Assembly (NCBI GenBank): GCA_964057225.1
Contig: OZ059894.1
Span: 21,142,001-21,206,000, forward strand
From: Auanema rhodensis
Taxonomy: Eukaryota > Animalia > Nematoda
Direction of reading: 5' to 3'
DNA: 64,000 nucleotides
The notes under the pieces were generated by a model, which was not told the DNA's origin, did not search any database, and was given only the letters and a program-made list of their open reading frames with translations. Positions 52,708-64,000 of this stretch are shown here, piece by piece; positions within the stretch are counted from its first letter, which is position 1; each line of letters begins with the position of its first letter. The translations under genes were made by a program, and so were the position numbers.

Positions 52708-55700
52708 AGCTTAAAAATCCGCATCGAATGCACTATACTACATTGAGAAACGCTTAATACAAAAATTAGTTTTGATCGTTTGAAAAATGATGCATTAGTG
52801 TATGTTGAGTTTCCATGTACACTCAACATTGCTTCCAAAAACATTTTGACAAAAATTTTTTCGAAAAATTTCAAAATAATTTAGCAAAAAGTAGATGTTT
52901 TTAGATTCCTGTTTTTAAGGCAAAGACGATGGACAATGTTATTCAACGAAAAAATTAATTCTTCAGGGTGAAAATCGAGGATATAAGTGTGAACTTATAT
53001 CAGTTGATATCTCGGTGCATTTTTAAGCTAGCGCAAATCTGATAACACAGATCGACGCAGCTTAAAAATCCGCATTGAATGCACTATACTACATTGAGAA
53101 ACGTTTGATACAAAAATTAGTTATGATCGTTTGAAAAATGATGCATTAGTGTATGTTGAGTTTCCATGTACACTCAACATTGCTTCCAAAAACATTTTGA
53201 CAAAAATTTTTTCGAAAAATTTCAAAATAATTTAGCAAAAAGTAGATGTTTTTAGATTTCTTTTTTCAAGGCAAAGACGATGGACAATGTTATTCAACGA
53301 AAAAATTAAATCTTCAGGGTGAAAATCGAGGATATAAGTGTGAACTTATATCAGTTGATATCTCGGTGCATTTTTAAGCTAGCGCAAATCTGATAACACA
53401 GATCGACGCAGCTTAAAAATCCGCATTGAATGCACTATACTACATTGAGAAACGTTTGATACAAAAATTAGTTATGATCGTTTGAAAAATGATGCATTAG
53501 TGTATGTTGAGTTTCCATGTACACTCAACATTGCTTCCAAAAACATTTTGACAAAAATTTTTTCGAAAAATTTCAAAATAATTTAGCAAAAAGTAGATGT
53601 TTTTAGATTCCTTTTTTTAAGGCAAAGACGATGGACAATGTTATTCAACGAAAAAATTAATTCTTCAGGGTGAAAATCGAGGATATAAGTGTGAACTTAA
53701 ATCAGTTGATATCTCGGTGCATTTTTAAGCTAGCGCAAATCTGATAACACAGATCGACGCAGCTTAAAAATCCGCATCGAATGCACTATACTACATTGAG
53801 AAACGCTTAATACAAAAATTAGTTTTGATCGTTTGAAAAATGATGCATTAGTGTATGTTGAGTTTCCATGTACACTCAACATTGCTTCCAAAAACATTTT
53901 GACAAAAATTTTTTCGAAAAATTTCAAAATAATTTAGCAAAAAGTAGATGTTTTTAGATTCCTGTTTTTAAGGCAAAGACGATGGACAATGTTATTCAAC
54001 GAAAAAATTAATTCTTCAGGGTGAAAATCGAGGATATAAGTGTGAACTTATATCAGTTGATATCTCGGTGCATTTTTAAGCTAGCGCAAATCTGATAACA
54101 CAGATCGACGCAGCTTAAAAATCCGCATTGAATGCACTATACTACATTGAGAAACGTTTGATACAAAAATTAGTTATGATCGTTTGAAAAATGATGCATT
54201 AGTGTATGTTGAGTTTCCATGTACACTCAACATTGCTTCCAAAAACATTTTGACAAAAATTTTTTCGAAAAATTTCAAAATAATTTAGCAAAAAGTAGAT
54301 GTTTTTAGATTTCTTTTTTCAAGGCAAAGACGATGGACAATGTTATTCAACGAAAAAATTAATTCTTCAGGGTGAAAATCGAGGATATAAGTGTGAACTT
54401 ATATCAGTTGATATCTCGGTGCATTTTTAAGCTAGCGCAAATTTGATAACACAGATCGACGCAGCTTAAAAATCCGCATCGAATGCACTATACTACATTG
54501 AGAAACGCTTGATAAAAAAATTAGTTATGTTCGTTTGAAAAATGATGCATTAGTGTATGTTGAGTTTCCTTGTACACTCAACATTGCTTCCAAAAACATT
54601 TTGACAAAAATTTTTTCGAAAAATTTCAAAATAATTTAGCAAAAAGTAGATGTTTTTAGATTCCTTTTTTTAAGGCAAAGACGATGGACAATGTTATTCA
54701 ACGAAAAAATTAATTCTTCAGGGTGAAAATCGAGGATATAAGTGTGAACTTATATCAGTTGATATCTCGGTGCATTTTTAAGCTAGCGCAAATCTGATAA
54801 CACAGATCGACGCAGCTTAAAAATCCGCATCGAATGCACTATACTACATTGAGAAACGTTTGATACAAAAATTAGTTATGATCGTTTGAAAAATGATGCA
54901 TTAGTGTATGTTGAGTTTCCATGTACACTCAACATTGCTTCCAAAAACATTTTGACAAAAATTTTTTCGAAAAATTTCAAAATAATTTAGCAAAAAGTAG
55001 ATGTTTTTAGATTCCTTTTTTTAAGGCAAAGACGATGGACAATGTTATTCAACGAAAAAATTAATTCTTCAGGGTGAAAATCGAGGATATAAGTGTGAAC
55101 TTAAATCAGTTGATATCTCGGTGCATTTTTAAGCTAGCCCAAATCTGATAACACAGATCGACGCAGCTTAAAAATCCGCATCGAATGCACTATACTACAT
55201 TGAGAAACGCTTAATACAAAAATTAGTTTTGATCGTTTGAAAAATGATGCATTAGTGTATGTTGAGTTTCCATGTACACTCAACATTGCTTCCAAAAACA
55301 TTTTGACAAAAATTTTTTCGAAAAATTTCAAAATAATTTAGCAAAAAGTAGATGTTTTTAGATTCCTGTTTTTAAGGCAAAGACGATGGACAATGTTATT
55401 CAACGAAAAAATTAATTCTTCAGGGTGAAAATCGAGGATATAAGTGTGAACTTATATCAGTTGATATCTCGGTGCATTTTTAAGCTAGCGCAAATCTGAT
55501 AACACAGATCGACGCAGCTTAAAAATCCGCATTGAATGCACTATACTACATTGAGAAACGTTTGATACAAAAATTAGTTATGATCGTTTGAAAAATGATG
55601 CATTAGTGTATGTTGAGTTTCCATGTACACTCAACATTGCTTCCAAAAACATTTTGACAAAAATTTTTTCGAAAAATTTCAAAATAATTTAGCAAAAAGT

Positions 55701-56568
55701 AGATGTTTTTAGATTTCTTTTTTCAAGGCAAAGACGATGGACAATGTTATTCAACGAAAAAATTAATTCTTCAGGGTGAAAATCGAGGATATAAGTGTGA
55801 ACTTATATCAGTTGATATCTCGGTGCATTTTTAAGCTAGCGCAAATCTGATAACACAGATCGACGCAGCTTAAAAATCCGCATTGAATGCACTATACTAC
55901 ATTGAGAAACGTTTGATACAAAAATTAGTTATGATCGTTTGAAAAATGATGCATTAGTGTATGTTGAGTTTCCATGTACACTCAACATTGCTTCCAAAAA
56001 CATTTTGACAAAAATTTTTTCGAAAAATTTCAAAATAATTTAGCAAAAAGTAGATGTTTTTAGATTCCTTTTTTTAAGGCAAAGACGATGGACAATGTTA
56101 TTCAACGAAAAAATTAATTCTTCAGGGTGAAAATCGAGGATATAAGTGTGAACTTAAATCAGTTGATATCTCGGTGCATTTTTAAGCTAGCGCAAATCTG
56201 ATAACACAGATCGACGCAGCTTAAAAATCCGCATCGAATGCACTATACTACATTGAGAAACGCTTAATACAAAAATTAGTTTTGATCGTTTGAAAAATGA
56301 TGCATTAGTGTATGTTGAGTTTCCATGTACACTCAACATTGCTTCCAAAAACATTTTGACAAAAATTTTTTCGAAAAATTTCAAAATAATTTAGCAAAAA
56401 GTAGATGTTTTTAGATTCCTGTTTTTAAGGCAAAGACGATGGACAATGTTATTCAACGAAAAAATTAATTCTTCAGGGTGAAAATCGAGGATATAAGTGT
56501 GAACTTATATCAGTTGATATCTCGGTGCATTTTTAAGCTAGCGCAAATTTGATAACACAGATCGACGC
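52006..56568. repeat. Trimer (1053-bp) higher-order repeat region
   Basis: The AGTTTTGATC+CCTG monomer occurs at 52708, 53761, 55165 and 56218 (spacings 1053, 1404, 1053), each preceded by an ACTTAAATC unit. Confidence 0.85.
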
Positions 56569-59500
56569 AGCTTAAAAATCCGCATCGAATGCACTATACT
56601 ACATTGAGAAACGCTTGATAAAAAAATTAGTTATGTTCGTTTGAAAAATGATGCATTAGTGTATGTTGAGTTTCCTTGTACACTCAACATTGCTTCCAAA
56701 AACATTTTGACAAAAATTTTTTCGAAAAATTTCAAAATAATTTAGCAAAAAGTAGATGTTTTTAGATTCCTTTTTTTAAGGCAAAGACGATGGACAATGT
56801 TATTCAACGAAAAAATTAATTCTTCAGGGTGAAAATCGAGGATATAAGTGTGAAGTTATATCAGTTGATATCTCGGTGCATTTTTAAGCTAGCGCAAATC
56901 TGATAACACAGATCGACGCAGCTTAAAAATCCGCATCGAATGCACTATACTACATCAAGAAACGCTTGATACAAAAATTAGTTATGATCGTTTGAAAAAT
57001 GATGCATTAGTGTATGTTGAGTTTCCATGTACACTCAACATTGCTTCCAAAAACATTTTGACAAAAATTTTTTCGAAAAATTTCAAAATAATTTAGCAAA
57101 AAGTAGATGTTTTTAGATTCCATTTTTCAAGGCAAAGACGATAGACAATGTTATTCAACGAAAAAATTAATTCTTCAGGGTGAAAATCGAGGATATAAGT
57201 GTGAACTTATATCAGTTGATATCTCGGTGCATTTTTAAGCTAGCGCAAATCTGATAACACAGATCGACGCAGCTTAAAAATCCGCATCGAATGCACTATA
57301 CTACATTGAGAAACGCTTAATACAAAAATTAGTTTTGATCGTTTGAAAAATGATGCATTAGTGTATGTTGAGTTTCCATGTACACTCAACATTGCTTCCA
57401 AAAACATTTTGACAAAAATTTTTTCGAAAAATTTCAAAATAATTTAGCAAAAAGTAGATGTTTTTAGATTCCTGTTTTTAAGGCAAAGACGATGGACAAT
57501 GTTATTCAACGAAAAAATTAATTCTTCAGGGTGAAAATCGAGGATATAAGTGTGAACTTATATCAGTTGATATCTCGGTGCATTTTTAAGCTAGCGCAAA
57601 TTTGATAACACAGATCGACGCAGCTCAAAAATCCGCATCGAATGCACTATACTACATTGAGAAACGCTTGATAAAAAAATTAGTTATGTTCGTTTGAAAA
57701 ATGATGCATTAGTGTATGTTGAGTTTCCTTGTACACTCAACATTGCTTCCAAAAACATTTTGACAAAAATTTTTTCGAAAAATTTCAAAATAATTTAGCA
57801 AAAAGTAGATGTTTTTAGATTCCTTTTTTTAAGGCAAAGACGATGGACAATGTTATTCAACGAAAAAATTAATTCTTCAGGGTGAAAATCGAGGATATAA
57901 GTGTGAACTTATATCAGTTGATATCTCGGTGCATTTTTAAGCTAGCGCAAATCTGATAACACAGATCGACGCAGCTTAAAAATCCGCATCGAATGCACTA
58001 TACTACATCAAGAAACGCTTGATACAAAAATTAGTTATGATCGTTTGAAAAATGATGCATTAGTGTATGTTGAGTTTCCATGTACACTCAACATTGCTTC
58101 CAAAAACATTTTGACAAAAATTTTTTCGAAAAATTTCAAAATAATTTAGCAAAAAGTAGATGTTTTTAGATTCCATTTTTCAAGGCAAAGACGATAGACA
58201 ATGTTATTCAACGAAAAAATTAATTCTTCAGGGTGAAAATCGAGGATATAAGTGTGAACTTATATCAGTTGATATCTCGGTGCATTTTTAAGCTAGCGCA
58301 AATCTGATAACACAGATCGACGCAGCTTAAAAATCCGCATCGAATGCACTATACTACATCAAGAAACGCTTGATACAAAAATTAGTTATGATCGTTTGAA
58401 AAATGATGCATTAGTGTATGTTCAGTTTCCATGTACACTCAACATTGCTTCCAAAAACATTTTGACAAAAATTTTTTCGAAAAATTTCAAAATAATTTAG
58501 CAAAAAGTAGATGTTTTTAGATTCCTTTTTTTAAGGCAAAGACGATGGACAATGTTATTCAACGAAAAAATTAATTCTTCAGGGTGAAAATCGAGGATAT
58601 AAGTGTGAACTTATATCAGTTGATATCTCGGTGCATTTTTAAGCTAGCGCAAATCTGATAACACAGATCGACGCAGCTTAAAAATCCGCATCGAATGCAC
58701 TATACTACATCAAGAAACGCTTGATACAAAAATTAGTTATGATCGTTTGAAAAATGATGCATTAGTGTATGTTGAGTTTCCATGTACACTCAACATTGCT
58801 TCCAAAAACATTTTGACAAAAATTTTTTCGAAAAATTTCAAAATAATTTAGCAAAAAGTAGATGTTTTTAGATTCCATTTTTCAAGGCAAAGACGATAGA
58901 CAATGTTATTCAACGAAAAAATTAATTCTTCAGAGTGAAAATCGAGGATAGAAGTGTGAACTTATATCAGTTGATATCTCGGTGCATTTTTAAGCTAGCG
59001 CAAATCTGATAACACAGATCGACGCAGCTTAAAAATCCGCATCGAATGCCTTATACTACATTGAGAAACGCTTAATACAAAAATTAGTTATGATCGTTTG
59101 AAAAATGATGCATTAGTGTATGTTGAGTTTCCATGTACACTCAACATTGCTTCCAAAAACATTTTGACAAAAATTTTTTCGAAAAATTTCAAAATAATTT
59201 AGCAAAAAGTAGATGTTTTTAGATTCCATTTTTCAAGGCAAAGACGATAGACAATGTTATTCAACGAAAAAATTAATTCTTCAGGGTGAAAATCGAGGAT
59301 ATAAGTGTGAACTTATATCAGTTGATATCTCGGTGCATTTTTAAGCTAGCGCAAATCTGATAACACAGATCGACGCAGCTTAAAAATCCGCATCGAATGC
59401 CTTATACTACATTGAGAAACGCTTAATACAAAAATTAGTTATGATCGTTTGAAAAATGATGCATTAGTGTATGTTGAGTTTCCATGTACACTCAACATTG

Positions 59501-62500
59501 CTTCCAAAAACATTTTGACAAAAATTTTTTCGAAAAATTTCAAAATAATTTAGCAAAAAGTAGATGTTTTTAGATTCCTGTTTTTAAGGCAAAGACGATG
59601 GACAATGTTATTCAACGAAAAAATTAATTCTTCAGGGTGAAAATCGAGGATATAAGTGTGAACTTATATCAGTTGATATCTCGGTGCATTTTTAAGCTAG
59701 CGCAAATCTGATAACACAGATCGACGCAGCTTAAAAATCCGCATTGAATGCACTATACTACATTGAGAAACGTTTGATACAAAAATTAGTTATGATCGTT
59801 TGAAAAATGATGCATTAGTGTATGTTGAGTTTCCATGTACACTCAACATTGCTTCCAAAAACATTTTGACAAAAATTTTTTCGAAAAATTTCAAAATAAT
59901 TTAGCAAAAAGTAGATGTTTTTAGATTCCTTTTTTCAAGGCAAAGACGATGGACAATGTTATTCAACGAAAAAATTAATTCTTCAGGGTGAAAATCGAGG
60001 ATATAAGTGTGAACTTACATCAGTTGATATCTCGGTGCATTTTTAAGCTAGCGCAAATCTGATAACACAGATCGACGCAGCTTAAAAATCCGCATCGAAT
60101 GCACTATACTACATTGAGAAACGCTTAATACAAAAATTAGTTTTGATCGTTTGAAAAATGATGCATTAGTGTATGTTGAGTTTCCATGTACACTCAACAT
60201 TGCTTCCAAAAACATTTTGACAAAAATTTTTTCGAAAAATTTCAAAATAATTTAGCAAAAAGTAGATGTTTTTAGATTCCTGTTTTTAAGGCAAAGACGA
60301 TGGACAATGTTATTCAACGAAAAAATTAATTCTTCAGGGTGAAAATCGAGGATATAAGTGTGAACTTATATCAGTTGATATCTCGGTGCATTTTTAAGCT
60401 AGCGCAAATTTGATAACACAGATCGACGCAGCTTAAAAATCCGCATCGAATGCACTATACTACATTGAGAAACGCTTGATAAAAAAATTAGTTATGTTCG
60501 TTTGAAAAATGATGCATTAGTGTATGTTGAGTTTCCATGTACACTCAACATTGCTTCCAAAAACATTTTGACAAAAATTTTTTCGAAAAATTTCAAAATA
60601 ATTTAGCAAAAAGTAGATGTTTTTAGATTCCATTTTTCAAGGCAAAGACGATGGACAATGTGATTCAACGAAAAAATTAATTCTTCAGGGTGAAAATCGA
60701 GGATATAAGTGTGAACTTATATCAGTTGATATCTCGGTGCATTTTTAAGCTAGCGCAAATCTGATAACACAGATCGACGCAGCTTAAAAATCCGCATCGA
60801 ATGCACTATACTACATCAAGAAACGCTTGATACAAAAATTAGTTATGATCGTTTGAAAAATGATGCATTAGTGTATGTTGAGTTTCCATGTACACTCAAC
60901 ATTGCTTCCAAAAACATTTTGACAAAAATTTTTTCGAAAAATTTCAAAATAATTTAGCAAAAAGTAGATGTTTTTAGATTCCTGTTTTTAAGGCAAAGAC
61001 GATGGACAATGTTATTCAACGAAAAAATTAATTCTTCAGGGTGAAAATCGAGGATATAAGTGTGAACTTATATCAGTTGATATCTCGGTGCATTTTTAAG
61101 CTAGCGCAAATTTGATAACACAGATCGACGCAGCTTAAAAATCCGCATCGAATGCACTATACTACATTGAGAAACGCTTGATAAAAAAATTAGTTATGTT
61201 CGTTTGAAAAATGATGCATTAGTGTATGTTGAGTTTCCATGTACACTCAACATTGCTTCCAAAAACATTTTGACAAAAATTTTTTCGAAAAATTTCAAAA
61301 TAATTTAGCAAAAAGTAGATGTTTTTAGATTCCATTTTTCAAGGCAAAGACGATGGACAATGTTATTCAACGAAAAAATTAATTCTTCAGGGTGAAAATC
61401 GAGGATATAAGTGTGAACTTATATCAGTTGATATCTCGGTGCATTTTTAAGCTAGCGCAAATCTGATAACACAGATCGACGCAGCTTAAAAATCCGCATC
61501 GAATGCACTATACTACATCAAGAAACGCTTGATACAAAAATTAGTTATGATCGTTTGAAAAATGATGCATTAGTGTATGTTGAGTTTCCATGTACACTCA
61601 ACATTGCTTCCAAAAACATTTTGACAAAAATTTTTTCGAAAAATTTCAAAATAATTTAGCAAAAAGTAGATGTTTTTAGATTCCATTTTTCAAGGCAAAG
61701 ACGATAGACAATGTTATTCAACGAAAAAATTAATTCTTCAGGGTGAAAATCGAGGATATAAGTGTGAACTTATATCAGTTGATATCTCGGTGCATTTTTA
61801 AGCTAGCGCAAATCTGATAACACAGATCGACGCAGCTTAAAAATCCGCATCGAATGCACTATACCACATCAAGAAACGCTTGATACAAAAATTAGTTATG
61901 ATCGTTTGAAAAATGATGCATTAGTGTATGTTGAGTTTCCATGTACACTCAACATTGCTTCCAAAAACATTTTGACAAAAATTTTTTCGAAAAATTTCAA
62001 AATAATTTAGCAAAAAGTAGATGTTTTTAGATTCCATTTTTCAAGGCAAAGACGATAGACAATGTTATTCAACGAAAAAATTAATTCTTCAGGGTGAAAA
62101 TCGAGGATATAAGTGTGAACTTATATCAGTTGATATCTCGGTGCATTTTTAAGCTAGCGCAAATCTGATAACACAGATCGACGCAGCTTAAAAATCCGCA
62201 TCGAATGCCTTATACTACATTGAGAAACGCTTAATACAAAAATTAGTTATGATCGTTTGAAAAATGATGCATTAGTGTATGTTGAGTTTCCATGTACACT
62301 CAACATTGCTTCCAAAAACATTTTGACAAAAATTTTTTCGAAAAATTTCAAAATAATTTAGCAAAAAGTAGATGTTTTTAGATTCCTGTTTTTAAGGCAA
62401 AGACGATGGACAATTTTATTCAACGAAAAAATTAATTCTTCAGGGTGAAAATCGAGGATATAAGTGTGAACTTATATCAGTTGATATCTCGGTGCATTTT

Positions 62501-64000
62501 TAAGCTAGCGCAAATCTGATAACACAGATCGACGCAGCTTAAAAATCCGCATTGAATGCACTATACTACATTGAGAAACGTTTGATACAAAAATTAGTTA
62601 TGATCGTTTGAAAAATGATGCATTAGTGTATGTTGAGTTTCCATGTACACTCAACATTGCTTCCAAAAACATTTTGACAAAAATTTTTTCGAAAAATTTC
62701 AAAATAATTTAGCAAAAAGTAGATGTTTTTAGATTCCTTTTTTCAAGGCAAAGACGATGGACAATGTTATTCAACGAAAAAATTAATTCTTCAGGGTGAA
62801 AATCGAAGATATAAGTGTGAACTTACATCAGTTGATATCTCGGTGCATTTTTAAGCTAGCGCAAATCTGATAACACAGATCGACGCAGCTTAAAAATCCG
62901 CATCGAATGCACTATACTACATTGAGAAACGCTTAATACAAAAATTAGTTTTGATCGTTTGAAAAATGATGCATTAGTGTATGTTGAGTTTCCATGTACA
63001 CTCAACATTGCTTCCAAAAACATTTTGACAAAAATTTTTTCGAAAAATTTATAAATAATTTAGCAAAAAGTAGATGTTTTTAGATTCCTGTTTTTAAGGC
63101 AAAGACGATGGACAATGTTATTCAACGAAAAAATTAATTCTTCAGGGTGAAAATCGAGGATATAAGTGTGAACTTATATCAGTTGATATCTCGGTGCATT
63201 TTTAAGCTAGCGCAAATCTGATAACACAGATCGACGCAGCTTAAAAATCCGCATCGAATGCACTATACTACATTGAGAAACGCTTGATAAAAAAATTAGT
63301 TATGTTCGTTTGAAAAATGATGCATTAGTGTATGTTGAGTTTCCATGTACACTCAACATTGCTTCCAAAAACATTTTGACAAAAATTTTTTCGAAAAATT
63401 TCAAAATAATTTAGCAAAAAGTAGATGTTTTTAGATTCCTTTTTTTAAGGCAAAGACGATGGACAATGTTATTCAACGAAAAAATTAATTCTTCAGGGTG
63501 AAAATCGAGGATATAAGTGTGAACTTATATCAGTTGATATCTCGGTGCATTTTTAAGCTAGCGCAAATCTGATAACACAGATCGACGCAGCTTAAAAATC
63601 CGCATCGAATGCACTATACTACATCAAGAAACGCTTGATACAAAAATTAGTTATGATCGTTTGAAAAATGATGCATTAGTGTATGTTGAGTTTCCATGTA
63701 CACTCAACATTGCTTCCAAAAACATTTTGACAAAAATTTTTTCGAAAAATTTCAAAATAATTTAGCAAAAAGTAGATGTTTTTAGATTCCATTTTTCAAG
63801 GCAAAGACGATAGACAATGTTATTCAACGAAAAAATTAATTCTTCAGGGTGAAAATCGAAGATATAAGTGTGAACTTACATCAGTTGATATCTCGGTGCA
63901 TTTTTAAGCTAGCGCAAATCTGATAACACAGATCGACGCAGCTTAAAAATCCGCATCGAATGCACTATACTACATTGAGAAACGCTTGATAAAAAAATTA

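Larger units (their letters stand above)
1..64000. repeat. Tandem satellite DNA array, ~351-bp monomer, 182 complete copies plus a 61-bp partial
   Basis: The motif GATCGACGC|AGCTTAAAAATCCGCATCGAATGCAC recurs every 350-352 bp (starts at 1, 351, 702, 1053, 1404 ... 63589, 63940). Copies differ by only a few substitutions. 182x351 -15 +9 +63 = 63939, matching the last start at 63940. There is no unique sequence and no inversion. Confidence 0.99.

Noticed and set aside
52677-60245. Repeated 65-aa ORF MKFFEKIFVK... on the - strand
   Set aside because: It is opened by the AGTTAT-to-AGTTTT variant removing a TAA and uses a TTG start. It marks a monomer type and is not evidence of a gene.
1-64000. 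CRISPR array
   Set aside because: Palindromic motifs recur, but the sequence between them is also repeated. There are no unique spacers and no cas genes.
1-64000. Assignment to a named ~350-360-bp satellite family or to a MITE/Helitron-derived repeat
   Set aside because: The length and AT content resemble several insect satellites, but I cannot recognise sequence identity, element termini or target-site duplications. A BLAST/Dfam/Repbase search is needed.

Overview
The whole 64-kb window is one head-to-tail tandem array of a ~351-bp AT-rich satellite (about 32% GC by hand count of one monomer), all in one orientation and running off both ends. Phasing on AGCTTAAAAAT gives 182 complete monomers (157 x 351 bp, 15 x 350 bp, 9 x 352 bp, 1 x 414 bp) plus a 61-bp partial; these lengths sum exactly to the window. 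I see no credible genes, RNA genes, transposon insertions or CRISPR spacers. The 24 listed ORFs are by-products of single-base variants of the repeat. It looks like eukaryotic (peri)centromeric or heterochromatic satellite DNA, but I cannot name the family or species. The informative signal is in the fine structure. (i) The monomer is packed with inverted repeats, including a 9-bp stem with a GTGA loop that shows a T-A / T.G / C-G compensatory series. (ii) One monomer has a 62-bp internal duplication whose ends lie at an inverted repeat. (iii) Variants form local domains and nested, short-lived higher-order repeats (2-, 3-, 4-, 5-, 7-, 8- and ~12-mers). (iv) A more diverged seam lies at about 30.5-34 kb. 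Monomer positions (mp) are numbered from the A of AGCTTAAAAAT in a 351-bp unit; all counts were made by eye.
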